64,000 nt of DNA from Leucoraja ocellata (Eukaryota): NCBI GenBank assembly GCA_036785375.1, contig JAWMAR010000392.1, positions 1,054,001 through 1,118,000 of the forward strand, read 5' to 3'. The notes under the pieces were generated by a model that was not told the origin of the DNA, did not search any database, and worked only from the letters and a program-made list of their open reading frames with translations. Positions 50,740 to 63,844 of this stretch are shown in pieces (the stretch's first letter is position 1; each line of letters begins with the position of its first letter). The position numbers were made by a program, and so were the translations under genes.

Positions 50740-53430
50740 GTACCCGGGATGGCGGATTCCCCTGCCGGTAAATTTGAGCTACCTGTACTGGCTCGCTCAG
50801 GTCCAAATGGGCCTGCTTCAGTCAAGCCACCGACACAGTTTCTTACCAGCCACCCATGTCCAAAACAAACATGGTGTACCCGTGCCACTGCACCCGAAAT
50901 GGACCGTCATATGGGCGCTGCAAGGGTGACCTGTGGGCGTCGCGGTGCAGAAAGACGTAAGAACTGTTCGCGAGCGACGCTGGCACGTGGAATGGCACCA
51001 CCCCATGACGAGACGTCGGGACGGGCGACAGGGTGCCGACCTGCTCCCACAAGCGCACCAGCACAGATGATGGCAACTCCCGGGACCTATCAGCGGCCAG
51101 GATCAATCCCCCGGGAACGCTGTGCAGAGCACCATAAACCAACTCCACCGAGGATGATGACAAATGCTCCTTCGGGGCTGTCCAAATTCCCAGCAGGACC
51201 CACGGCGACTCGTCCATCCATTCAGGGCCCGTGAGGTGAGGCGAGTCTTCAAGGCATCCGTGAATGGCGTTGGAAGCGCTCCACCAACCCTGGGGATGGT
51301 ACGCTGTCGAATGGTGGAGCTGAGTCCCCAGCAGGCGAGCCATTGCGGACCACAGTTTGTATGTGAACTGGGCACCCCAGTAACCATATAAACCATATAA
51401 CCATATAACAATTACAGCACGGAAACAGGCCATCTCGACCCTTCTAGTCCGTGCTGAACACATAATCTCCCCTAGTCCCATATACCTGCGCTCAGACCAT
51501 AACCCTCCATTCCCTTCTCATCCATACAACTATCCAATTTATTTTTAAATGATAAAAACGAACCTGCCTCCACCACCTTCACTGGAAGCTCATTCCACAC
51601 AGCCACCACTCTCTGAGTAAAGAAGTTCCCCCTCATATTACCCCCAAACTTCAGTCCCTTAATTCTCAAGTCATGTCCTCTTGTTTGAATCTTCCGTATT
51701 CTCCAAGGGAAAAGCTTTTCCACGTCAACTCTGTCTATCCCTCTCATCATTTTAAAAACCTCTATCAAGTCCCCCCTTAACCTTCTGCGCTCCAAAGAAT
51801 AAAGCCCTAACTTGTTCAACCTTTCTCTGTAACTTAGTTGCTGAAACCCAGGCAACATTCTAGTAAATCTCCTCTGTACTCTCTCTATTTTGTTGACATC
51901 CTTCCTATAATTAGGCGACCAAAATTGTACACCATACTCCAGAATTGGTGCTTCATCCTCTCCAAAGTCTCCACATCGTGCTATGGGGCGAGCAGAACTG
52001 CAGACAATACCCAAATGCAGCCAAACCAAGTACTATGAGGCCACATAAAAATGCTGGAGAAACTCAGCAGGTGCAGCAGCATCTATGGAGCGAAGGAAGG
52101 CGGTAGGAAGTGATGTCCAGCGGCACCCCTGAAGCGGGCAATCCAATTGGCCACGAGGGCACGGGCGCATGACTTGGCAGAAGTGTTCACGAGTGGGATG
52201 GCCACCGGTAACCACGTAAAATTATCCCCCACCGTCAGCACGTGCAAACCCCCCGCGATGGAGGCAGCGGCCGCACGATGTCCATGTGCATGTGGTCGAA
52301 GCAACAGCAAGGCACTGCGAACTCCTGAACAGGCGCCCGGACGTGCCGATGCACCTTGGAAGTTTGGCACCGAATACACGCCCGGGCCCAGCGACTGACG
52401 TGCTTCCGCAGCCCGTGCCACGTGAATCCCGCGGCCACCATCGCCACAGTGGCCCGGATACACGGGTGGGACAACCCATGGATGACGTAAAAAATGCGAT
52501 GGCTCCAGGCCGCCAGAACAAAAGGTCATGGCTGCACCTCGAGCACCAAACCCGAGATTGTGGTACGATATTAACCATATAACCATATAACAATTACAGC
52601 ACGGAAACAGGCCATCTCGGCCCTACAAGTCCATGCCGAACAAATTTTTTTCCCCTTAGTCCCACCTGCCTGCACTCGTACCATACCCCTCCATTCCCTT
52701 CTCATCCATATGCCTATCCAATTTATTTTTAAATGACACCAATGAACCTGCCTCCACCACTTCCACTGGGAGCTCATTCCACATCGCCACCACTCTCTGC
52801 ATAAAGAAGTTCCCCCTCATATTACCCCTAAACTTCTGTCCCTTAATTCTGAAGTCATGTCCTCTTGTTTGAGTCTTCCCTATTCTCAAAGGGAAAAGCT
52901 TGTCCACATCAACTCTGTCTATCTCTCTCATCATTTTAAAGACCTCTATCAGGTCCCCCCTTAACCTTCTGCGCTCCAGAGAATAAAGACCTAACTTATT
53001 CAACCTATCTGTAACTTAGTTGTTGAAACCCAGGCAACATTCTAGTAAATCTCCTCTGTACTCTCTCTATTTTGTTGACATCCTTCCTATAATTGGGCGA
53101 CCAAAATTGTACACCATACTCCAGATTTGGTCTCACCAATGCCTTGTACAATTTTAACATTACATCCCAGCTTCTATACTCAATGCTCTGATTTATAAAG
53201 GCTAGCATACCAAAAGCTTTCTTTACCACCCTATCTATATGAGATTCCACCTTCAAGGAACTATGCACGGTTATACCCAGATCCCTCTGTTCAACTGTAT
53301 TCTTCAATTCCCTACCATTTACCATGTAATATTCCATGATTCCATTTACCATGATATTCCGGCATCTCCTCGTCCGCCAGCTGTGCTGCAGCCAAGGTGG
53401 AGTAGTCTACCCTGGGGGCCACATCAAGAA
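50740..53430 (-). mobile_element. Degenerate Gypsy LTR-retrotransposon integrase region, split by CR1 insertions (51382-51948, 52572-53330)
   Basis: VDYSTLAAAQLAD; HHCC zinc finger SHP...W...CIRCQTSKVHRH; DHMHMDIV; GAQFT...STAYHPQ; PWVLLG; PYDGPFRV. Confidence 0.85.
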
Positions 53431-54610
53431 CGGCCCTTCAGCCCACTGAGTCCACTCCAACCAACGACCATCCCCTACACTAACACTATCCTACACACTA
53501 GGGACAATTCCCAATTTTACCGAAGCCAATAAACCTACAAACCTGCACATCTTTTGAGTGTGGGAGTAACCTGGAGCATCCTGAGAAAACCCACGTGGTC
53601 ACAGGGAGAACGTGCAAACTCCGTACAGACAGCACCCATGGCCAGGATTAAACCCCGGGACTCTGACGCTGTAAGGCAGCAGCTCTACCGCTGTGCCACT
53701 GCGCTGCCCCGATATTGATAGGACCAAAATTAATAAAAAATAAAATATATCAGGTGTGCATGCAAGAATATTGACTTGCTTTATACTTTAAACTTTAGAG
53801 ATACAATGTGGAAACAAGCCCTCCATGCCGACCAGTATTCACCCTGTTGCTGTTGAACAAGTGCAGTTGTAAACGTAACATGGGTTCCTTTTTGATTGTG
53901 GGAGCAAACAGATGTGCCTCAAGGAATTACAGATGTGCGTGCAAGAATGAATCATTATTACAGATGTGTCGTGAGAAGGAGAGAGATCCAGTGGGGCATG
54001 TGTAGGAAGGAACTGCAGATGCTGGTTTACACCAAAAATCGGCACAAAATGCTGGAGTAACTCAGTGGGACAGGCAGCATCTCTGGAGAGAAGGAATGGG
54101 TGACGTTTCGGGTCAAGATGCTTCTGCAGATTCAGAGTCAGGGGAGAGGGAGACACAGAGATAAGGAAGTGCAAGGTGTGAAAACACTACATTAAAGGGG
54201 ATGGAGATCAAGGGTAATGTGGAATAGTTCATTGTTAGCTCACAGAAGGTGACAACAAAGCAGACAGAGATAACATTTAATCAGGGAGACAGTCAGACTG
54301 GTCGGAGAAAGAGGAAGGGGGAGGAGGAATGGAGTGAGGTATAGTGTTTAACTGGAGGACGTGGATAGGTAATGTTTCAGATCTAGACACATCTGAGGAA
54401 AGGTCCCACATTGAAACCTCGCTTGTCCCTGCCCCCCCAGAGATGCTACCCGGGCTACTGAGTTATTGCGGCACTTCAATGTGGTTTTTGAAAAATCAGC
54501 ATCTGCAGTTCCTTGCGTTTCTCCATAGTCCTTTACTGGAGGACATGGAGAAGTGACGTTTCAGGTCAAGATCCATCTGAGGAAAGGTACCACACTGAAA
54601 CATCACCTAT

Positions 54611-55030
54611 CAACAAGTTAGGTCTTCATTCTTTGGAGCGCAGAAGGTTAAGGGGGGACTTGATAGAGGTTTTTAAAATGATGAGAGGGATAGACAGAGT
54701 TGACGTGGAAAAGCTTTTCCCACTGAGAGTAGGGAAGATTCAAACAAGGGGACATGACATGAGAATTAAGGGGACTGAAGTTTAGGGGTAACATGAGGGG
54801 GAACTTCTTTACTCAGAGAGTGGTAGCTGTATGGAATGAGCTTCCAGTGAAGGTGGTGGAGGCAGGTTCGTTTTCATCATTTAAAAATAAAATTGGGTAG
54901 TTATATGGATGGGAAGGGAATGGAGGGTTATGGTCTGAGCGCAGGTATATGGGACTAGGGGAGATTATGTGTTCGGCACGGACTAGAAGGGTCGAGATGG
55001 CCTGTTTCCGTGCTGTAATTGTTATATGGT
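54611..55030 (+). mobile_element. CR1-A 3' fragment flanked by a ~130-bp direct duplication
   Basis: 54482-54611 is nearly repeated at 55034-55164. Confidence 0.8.
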
Positions 55031-55294
55031 AATGTGTTTTTTTAAAAATCAGCATCTGCAGTTCCTTGCGTTTCTATATAGTCCTTTGCTGGAGGACATG
55101 GAGAAGTGACGTTTCAGGTCAAGACCCATCTGAGGAAAGGTACCACACTGAAACATCACCTATCCCTGTCCTCCAGAGATGCTGTCTGACCTGCCGAGTA
55201 ACTCCAGCAATTAGTGTGTTCTTTTTAATATCAGCATCTGCAGTTGTTTGTGTTTCCACGTAGACCTTCATTGGTTTGGTGGTTTTCTAAATGA

Positions 55295-55490
55295 CAAGTT
55301 CTGTGTGTGGTCTTGATAGAAGAGGGTTGTCGATGGAAACATTGAATGCAGAGTCAATGACATAATGGACCAATACAGTGGAGGTGTGAAAACAATACAC
55401 CGTAGGTGTGAAAACTCTATAGGTGTGAAAATGCGCTGCTTTCTACAGTATATGGCTGCAGTACATTCAGTTTCTGGCTTCACACCATGA
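55295..55490. promoter_or_regulatory. Candidate T-box site cluster
   Basis: AGGTGTGAAA at 55382, 55404 and 55421; TTCACACC at 55479; TGTGGT at ~55306; all in unique-looking sequence. Confidence 0.35.
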
Positions 55491-55959
55491 CCTTTAGATG
55501 AAGTGATAAGCTGTCTGTCTACTAAAGCTTCCAAAGCTGAGAAACCGAGACCTCGATCTCTGTCTGTAAAGCTGTACATGACCATCAAAGGTTCACAAGT
55601 GTGACAATTGGTGATTAACTTTGTCGTCTGCTTTGCTTTGTACTGTAAGTGAAACATCGGTTCGTTAACTTCTGAATAAACCCACTCACAGGTTGATTCT
55701 TCAACAACATAAATACAGTACGGTCGACCTTTGTCTCATAGAAACATAGAAACATAGAAAGAAAGAAAATAGGTGTAGGAGGAGGCCATTCGGCACTTCG
55801 AGCCAGCACCGCCATTCATTGTGATCATGGCTCGACCTGAAATGTCGCCCTTTCCTTCTCTGCCCGACCCACTGAGTTACCCATTCCAGCATTTTGTGTC
55901 TATCTACAGTGTAAACCCACATCTGCAGTCCCTTACTACCAGGTTCTACATCTTTGGAA

Positions 55960-56722
55960 TTAGATTAGATTCGATTAGATTCCTTTATTGTCATTCAGAC
56001 CTTTCGGTCTGAACGAAATTACGTTGCCTGTAGTCATACACAGAACCAATAATAACAAAACATACAATAAACACAAATTAAACATCCACCACAGTGAGTT
56101 CACCAAGCACATCCTCACTGTGATGGAGGCAAAGTCTTAGTCTCCGTCTCTTCCCTCCTTGTTCTCCCTCTGCGCTGAGGCGATCGATCCAGGCCGGAGA
56201 TGCCGCCCTCCAGTCCAGGGGACCTCCGTGGTGATGTCGCCACTGCCGAAAGCCGGAACGCCGTCTCCGCTCCGAGACGGCCCGCCACAGCATCAGCTCC
56301 GGGTAGCCACCCCAGCTCCAGGCCGCTGCCCCAGCTCCGGGTCCCGCAGTCTCCGCTCCGAGCCCCGCTGCATTAGCTCCAGGCCGCCGCCGAAAGCCAG
56401 AACGCCTCACCAGCAAGTCGGGCCACCGCTGCCTCAGCCCCGAAGACGGCCAGCCTCTCGTTGGTGAGTCCGGGCTGGCTCTGCCTCCGGAGCCTCGGGG
56501 TCGGTCGCAGGCTGGAGGCCGCCAGCTCCGCCATTAGGCCTCAGCGCAGACGGAGGCAGAGAAGGGGGATACGACACGAAAAAGTCGCATTCCCCTGAAG
56601 GAAGAGACAGAGAACATGTTTCACCCCCTCTAACACAACCCAACAAACTAAAACTTAACCAAAACAAGACAAAAAACAGCAGAAAAAAGTAAAGACTGCA
56701 GCCGTTAACAGCGCCGCCACTT
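55960..56722 (-). mobile_element. GC-rich non-autonomous retroposon with LINE-like 3' stem-loop and (AATCT)n tail
   Basis: 3' end cagaccgaaaggtctgaatgacaataaaggaatctaatc; overall architecture resembles 10033-10886. Confidence 0.6.
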
Positions 56723-57129
56723 CCAGAATGTGGGAAGGAACTGAAGATCTCGGAGAAAACCCATGCGGCCACAGGGAGAATGTTCAGACTCAATATAGAC
56801 TGCACCCGTAGTCGGGATTGAACCCGGGTCCCTGGTGCTACATGCGCTGTAAGGCAGCAACTCTACCATTGCGCTATGGTGACTGTCCAGATATTAGGGT
56901 AGGAAGGTTTAAGAGGGATGTGGACCAAATGGAGGTAAACGGGACTAGCCCAAGATGCCAAGTTGGCCGGCATGGACAAAGTTCAAGTGAGTTTATTGTC
57001 ATGTGTCCCTGTATAGGACAATGAAAATCTTGCTTTGCACACAGAACCAAGTGGTCTGAAGAGCCTGTTTCCATTCTGTACAGCTTGATTAACCCATTAA
57101 TCCTTTTCACCCAGTCTGCCTGACATGCA

Positions 57130-58064
57130 ACACTTCTTCTGCAGTTGTACAGGGCTCTGGTGAGACCACATCTGGAGTATTGTGTACAGTTTTGGTCTCC
57201 TACTTTGAGGAAGGACATCCTTGTGATTCAGGCAGTGCAGCGTAGGTTCACAACATTGATCCCTGGGATGGCGGGACTGTCATATGAGGAAAGATTGAAA
57301 AGACTAGGCTTGTATTCACTGAAGTTTAGAAGGATGAGGGGCGAATCTTATAGAAACATATGAAATTATAAAAGAACTGGACAAGCTAGATGCAGAAAAA
57401 ATGTTCCCAATGTTGGGCGAGTCCAGAACCAGGGGCCACAGTCTTAGAATAAAGGGGAGGTCATTTAAGGCCTGGTGAGAGGCGAGAAAAAATGTTTTCA
57501 CCCAGAGAGTTGTGAATTTGTGGAATTCCCTGCCTCAGAGGGCAGTGGGGGCCAAATCACTGGATGGATTTAAGAGAGAGTTAGATAGAGCTCTAAGGGC
57601 TAGTGGAATCAACGGATATGGAGAGAAGGCAGGCACGGGTTATTGATAGGGGACGATCAGCCATGATCACAATGAATGGCGGTGCTGGCTCGAAGGGCCG
57701 ATGGAAGATCTTGCGGCCGATTTTAAGCCGCGCCGGGCGATGAAAGGCCCCGAGAACGAGCCGATTCAAGCTCCACTCTGGGATCTTTGCTCCACCAGTA
57801 CATCCTCCTCCTCCAATCACTGCGCTCTGAGGCAGGGAATTCCACAAATTCACAACTCTCTGGGTGAAAACGTTTTTTCGCACCTCTCACCAGGTCTTAA
57901 ATGACCTCCCCTTTATTCTAATACTGTGGCCCCTGGTTCTGGACTCGCCCAACATTGGGAACATTTTTTCTGCATCTAGCTTGTCCAGTCCTTTTATAAT
58001 TTTATATGTTTCTATAAGATTCGCCCCTCATCGTCCTAAACTCCAGTGAATACAAGCCTAGTCT
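57130..58064. mobile_element. CR1 fragment (+, 57130-57700) with an inverted duplicate of its own interior (-, 57818-58064)
   Basis: Both arms share the motifs ggggcgaatc and cctggtgagagg. Confidence 0.8.
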
Positions 58065-59059
58065 GAAATTCTTGAAATTCACCGAGTTTCAAAATCCCGA
58101 TTACAAAACATGGGGGAGGATTGTCCCATACTTTTCAAAACATGGATGGGACGAGCCGCCCTGGGACCTCCCCCCCCCCTCCACCCCCCACCCACCCCAG
58201 GATTTCTGCCTATGTGCCTGCAGATGCCTCTTTCATGCTTGGGTAACACAAACCGCTAGATGCAGACAAAGTGTTTCAGACTTTAGAGATACAGCGCGGC
58301 AACAGCCCCTTGGCCTGTGTGTACGGAGTTTGTATGTTTTCCCCATGACCACGTGGTTTTTTCTCCACAGATGCTGTCTGAACCGCTGAATAACTCCAGC
58401 TTTTTGTGTCTACTCTCTTCACAATCCTCTCTTCACAAGCTTAGTTTGGCTTAGTTTAGTTTAGAGAAACAGGCACTTCAGCCCTCCGAGTCGGCATCGA
58501 ACAGTAATCACCATATACACCAACACTACCTTACACACAGATTCAGATTCAGATTCAGATTCAATTCAGATTCAGATTCAATTTTAATTGTCATTGTCAG
58601 TGTACAGTACAGAGACAACGAAATGCATTTAGCATCTCCCTTGAAGAGCGACATAGCAAACGATTTGAATAAAAAATAATAAGTGTCCGGGGGGGGGGGG
58701 GGGGGGGGGTGGTGATTGGCAGTCACCGAGGTACATTGTTGAGTAGGGACAATTTACAATTGTAAATTGTAAATTCACGAGGGACAATTTACAATTTTAC
58801 CAAAGCCAATAAACCTACACACCTGCGTGGTTTTGGAGTGTGGGAGGAAACCGGAGCACCCGGAGAAAACCCACATGGTCACAGGAAGAAGGTACAAACT
58901 CCTAACAGACAGCACCCGTAGTCAGGATCGAACCCGGGTCTCTGACACTGTGAGGCAACAAATCTACTGCTGCTCCACTGTGCTGCACTAATTCTGGAAC
59001 CAATATAGAAGAGACAAGGGACAACAGATGCTGGAATCTTGAAACACATGTACTGGAGG

Positions 59060-60944
59060 AACATAGAAACATAGAACATAGAAAATAGGTGCAGGAGTAG
59101 GCCATTCGGCCCTTCGAGCCTGCACCGCCATTCAACATGATCATGGCTGATCATCCAACACGGTATCCTGTACCTGCCTTATCTCCATACCCCCTGATCC
59201 CTTTAGCCACAAGGGCCACATCTAACTCCCTCTTAAATATAGCCAATGAACTGTGGCCTCAACTACCTTCTGTGGCAGAGAATTCCAGAGATTCACCACT
59301 CTCTGTGTGAAAAAAGTTTTTCTCAACTCGGTCCTAAAGGATTTCCCCCTTATCCTTAAGCTGTGACCCCTTGTCCTGGACTTCTCCAACATCAGGAACA
59401 ATCTTCCTGCATCTAGCCTGTCCAACCCCTTCAGAATCTTGTAAGTTTCTATAAGATCCCCCCTCAATCTCCTAAATTCTAGCGAGTTCAAGCCGAGTCT
59501 ATCCAGTCTTTCTTCATATGAAAGACCTGACATCCCAGGAATCAGTCTGGTGAACCTTCTCTGTACTCCTTCTACGGCAATAACGTCCTTCCTCAAATTT
59601 GGAGACCAAAACTGTACACAATACTGCAGGTGTGGTCTCACCAAGACCCTGTACAACTGCAGTAGAAACTCCCTGCTCCTATACTCAAATCCTTTTGCTA
59701 TGAATGCTACCATACCATTCGCTTTCTTCACTGCCTGCTGCACCTGCATGCCTACTTTCAATGACTGGTGTACCATGACACCCAGGTCTCGTTGCATCTC
59801 ACCTTTTCCTAACCGGCCACATATAATTGTCTGCTTTCCTGTTTTTGCCACCAAAGTGGATAACCTCACATTTACCCACGTTATACTGCATCTGCCATGC
59901 ATTTGCCCACTCACCCAGCCTATCCAAGTCACCTTGCAGCCTCGTAGCATCCTCCTCACAGCTAACACTGCCCCCCAGCTTAGTGTCATCCGCAAACTCG
60001 GAGATGTTGCATTCAATTCCCTCGTCCAAATCATTAATATATATTGTAAATAGCTGGGGTGCCAGCACTGAGCCTTGCGGTACCCCACTAGTCACTGCCT
60101 GCCATTCTGAAAAAGACCTGTTTCCTCCTACTTTTTACTTCCTGTTTGCCAGCCAGTTATCTATCCACATCAATACTGAACCCCCAATGCCATGTGCTTT
60201 ACGTTTGTATACTAATCTCTTATGTGGGACCTTGTCGAAAGCCTTCTGTAAGTCCAGATACACCACATCCACTGGTTCTCTCCTATCCACGCTACTAGTT
60301 ACATCCTCGAAAAATTCTATAAGATTCGTCAGACATGATTTACCTTTCGTAAATCCATGCTGACTTTGTCCAATGATTTCACCACTTTCCAAATGTGCTG
60401 CTATCCCATCTTTAATAACTGACTCTAGCAGTTTCCCCACCACCGATGTTAGACTAACTGGTCTGTAATTCCCCGTTTTCACTCTCCCTCCCTTTTTAAA
60501 AAGTGGGGTTTAAAAACATTAGCTACCCTCCAATCCTCAGGAACTACTCCAGAATCTAAAGAGTTTTGAAAAATTATCACTAATGCATCCACTATTTCTG
60601 GAGCTACTTCCTTAAGTACTCTGGGATGCAGCCTCTCTGGCCCTGGGGATTTATCGGCCTTTAATCCATTCAATTTACCTAACACCACTTCCCGGCTAAC
60701 CTGGATTTCACTCAGTTCCTCCATCTCCTTTGATCTGCGGTCCCCTGCTATTTCCAGCAAATTATTTATGTCTTCCTTAGTGAAGACGGAACCAAAGTAG
60801 TTATTCAATTGGTTCGCCATGTCCTTGTTCCCCGTGATCAATTCACCTGTTTCTGACTGCAAGGGACCTACATTTGTTTTAACTAATCTCTTTCTGTTCA
60901 CATATCTATAAAAACCTTTGCAGTCAGTTTTAATGTTCCCTGCC
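59060..60944 (-). mobile_element. CR1-B, ~1.9-kb 5'-truncated copy with frameshifts
   Basis: ORFs 60479..60982, 60135..60482 (NYRPVSLTS, QHGF), 59799..60095 (FADD) and 59222..60088. Confidence 0.9.
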
Positions 60945-61177
60945 ATACACAGTGGGTCAGGCAGCAACTGGGGTGCTTGCATTGCATCCCATGCCTATCC
61001 CATACGCAAGCAATACTTGGCATGGTACCTCCATTGCAGCATGCATTGCAACCCAATACAAGGCTGTCTGGGTGTTTATTACTATTTCCGTCACAACGGT
61101 CAATTTTGTAATTATCTACAATTAGGTAACTAACTAATTATATGCTTTAATTTCAGGTCATCCAAGTAAGATGTTTT

Positions 61178-61590
61178 ATATTCAAACCTTGCAGCAGAGG
61201 CAGAGGAGAGAGGTTGGAGGGTAAGGGTGAGTTCAGTGGAGGTGGGGTGCAGGGGCTTTGTAGCCAGTTCCACCGCAAGGCTCCTGAGGGAAGTAGGAGT
61301 CAAAGGGCAGGCACAAAGGAGGGCAATAAAAAAACTTGCCAATGCCGCTGAACGGAGCAGTCACTGGCTGTGGCTGAAGAGGAAAGATGCTGTCTGGGCT
61401 GCCACGTGACCATCTAGTGGCTAACAATAAGACACACACCCGTGTCTGATCAACCTACGGTGGGCCTGCCTCAACTAAGGGTGTCTTGTGATAAAAGGCC
61501 GAAGCACCCAGTGATGTTGAGGTACACAACTAAAGATGTGTCTGATTGGTAGCAAATTCACCTAGTGGTCATATCGAAGAATGTCAATAG
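61178..61590 (+). mobile_element. 3' end of a HERO-like (restriction-like endonuclease) non-LTR retrotransposon
   Basis: YSNLAAEAEERGWRVRVSSVEVGCRGFVASSTARLL...AAERSSHWLWLKRK...* matches the RLE C-terminal VEVGCRGF/WLW signature. Confidence 0.7.
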
Positions 61591-62139
61591 TAATGAAATC
61601 TTAGATTCAGATTCAGATTCAGATTCAGATTCAATTTTAATTGACATTGTCAGTGTACAGTACAGAGACAACAAAATGCATTTAGCATCTCCCTGGAAGA
61701 GCGACATAGCAAATGATTTGAATAAATAATAATAAGTGTCCGGGAGGGGGGTGGTGATTGGCAGTCACCGAGGTACGTTGTTGAGTAGAGTGACAGCCGC
61801 CGGGAAGAAGCTGTTCCTCGACCTGCTGGTTCGGCAACGGAGAGACCTGTAGCGCCTCCCGGATGGTGGGAGGGTAAACAGTCCATGGTTGGGTTGAGAG
61901 CAGCCCTTGGCGATGCTGAGCGCCCTCTGCAGACAACGCTTGCTTTGGACAGACCCAATGGAGGGGAGCGAGGAACCGGTGATGCGTGGGCAATTTTCAC
62001 CACCCACTGCAATGCCTTCCGGTCGGAGACAGAGCAGTCGCCATACCATACTGTGATGCAGTTGGTAAGGATGCTCTCGATGGTGCAGCGGTAGAAGTTC
62101 ACCAGGATCTGAGGAGACAGATGGACCTTCTTCAGTCTT

Positions 62140-62965
62140 AGAGTATTGTGTTCAGTTTTGGTTGCCATGTTATAGGAAAGATGTTGTCAAGCTGGAAAGA
62201 TGCAGAGTGGATTTACAAGGATGATCGTAAGTGATTGAAGTAGAATTAGGCCATTGGGCCCATCAGGTCTACACCACCATTTAAACATGGCAGATCTATC
62301 TCTCCTTAACCCCATTTTCCTGCCTTCTCCCCGTAACCCCTGACACAAGTACTAAGCAAGAATCCATTTATCCTTGCCTTAAAAATATCCATTGACTTGG
62401 CTTAAACAGCCTTCTGTGGCAAAGAATTCCACAGATTCACCATTCTGACTATAGAAATTCCTCATCATCTCCTTCTGAAAGGAACGTCCTTCTATAACCT
62501 TTGGTCCAAGACTCTCCAACTAGTGGAAACATCCAGTCCACATCCACTCCACATCTCGGCCTTTCAAGGTTCGGTGTGTCTACCATTCAGTAAGTAATGT
62601 TGACGGGACTCGAGGACCCGAGCTATAGGGAGAGATTGAGTAGGATGGGTCTCTATTCCTTGGAGCGCAGGAGAATGAGGGATGATCTTATAGAGGTGTA
62701 TAAAATCATGAGAGGAATAGATCTGGGAGACGCATAGAGTCGCTTGCCCAGAGTATGGTAATCAAAAAACCAGAGGACATATGTTTAAGATGAAGGGGAA
62801 ATGTTTTAATAGGAATCTGAGGGGTAACATTTTCACACAGGGGGTGGCCGGTGTATGGAACAAGCTGCCAGAGGAGGTAATTGAGGCTGGGACTATCTCA
62901 ACATTAAAGAAACTGTTAGACATGCACATGGATAGGACAGGTTTGGAGGCATGTGGGCCAAATGG
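62140..62965 (+). mobile_element. Older CR1 fragments with a nested antisense CR1 tail
   Basis: ORF 62781..62987: RGNIFTQGVAGVWNKLP. Confidence 0.7.
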
Positions 62966-63844
62966 CGACACGGCGACGCAGCTGTAGAGTTGCTGTCTTA
63001 CAGCGCTTGCAGCGTCCGAGACCCAGGTTCGATCCCGACTACGGGTACTGTCTGTACGTAGTTTGTACATGCTCCTTATGACCTGCGTGGGTTTTCTCCG
63101 AGATCTTCGAATACCTCCCACACTCCAAAGAGGAACAAGTATGTAGGTAAATGGGCTTGGTGAATGCAAAACTTGTAAAAAAGAAAAATGTCCCGAGTGT
63201 GTGTAGGATCGTATTAATATGCAGGGACCAGTGGTCGGCAGGACCTGCTGGGCCGAAGGGCCTAGTTTCCGCTAAACTAAGCTAAACTAAACTAAGCTCA
63301 AGAAGGAACTGCAGTTGTTGGGAAATCGAAGGTAGACAAAGGTGCTGGAGAAACTCAGCGGGTGCGGCAGCATCTCTGGAGCGAAGAGAATAGACAACGT
63401 TGCCTATTTCCTTCGCTCCATAGATGCTGCCGCACCCGCTGAGTTTCTCCAGCACTTTTGTCAAAACTAAATGCTGGCAGGTGGGACGAGTGTAGATGGG
63501 ACAAGTTGGGTGGTGTGGGCAGGTTGGGCCTGTTTGTGCCTGTTTTCACATTGTGCATGTCTGACTGTAACAGAAAGTGGTGCACTTTGTCCAACATGTC
63601 GTGGTTACTGACCACCACATCGAAAGGATAAACAGGAAGCGCTTCCTCAGTAAGGTAGTTATCATCAAAGATCCACACCACCCACAGGCTCATCACACTG
63701 CTACCAATAGGTGTTAAGGTACAGGAGCCTCAGAACTGTGACCACTAAGTACAAGAATAGCATCTTCCACCAACCACCGTGAAACATCTTGAACGGCCCT
63801 GCAAAACCCTAACCGCAATGCTACCTCTGCAACAAACTGTCGGG

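Noticed and set aside
55268-55740. 129-aa minus-strand ORF with nearby donor-like and acceptor-like sites
   Set aside because: The implied intron is only ~45 nt, the phases do not fit the other candidate exons, and no domain is recognisable.
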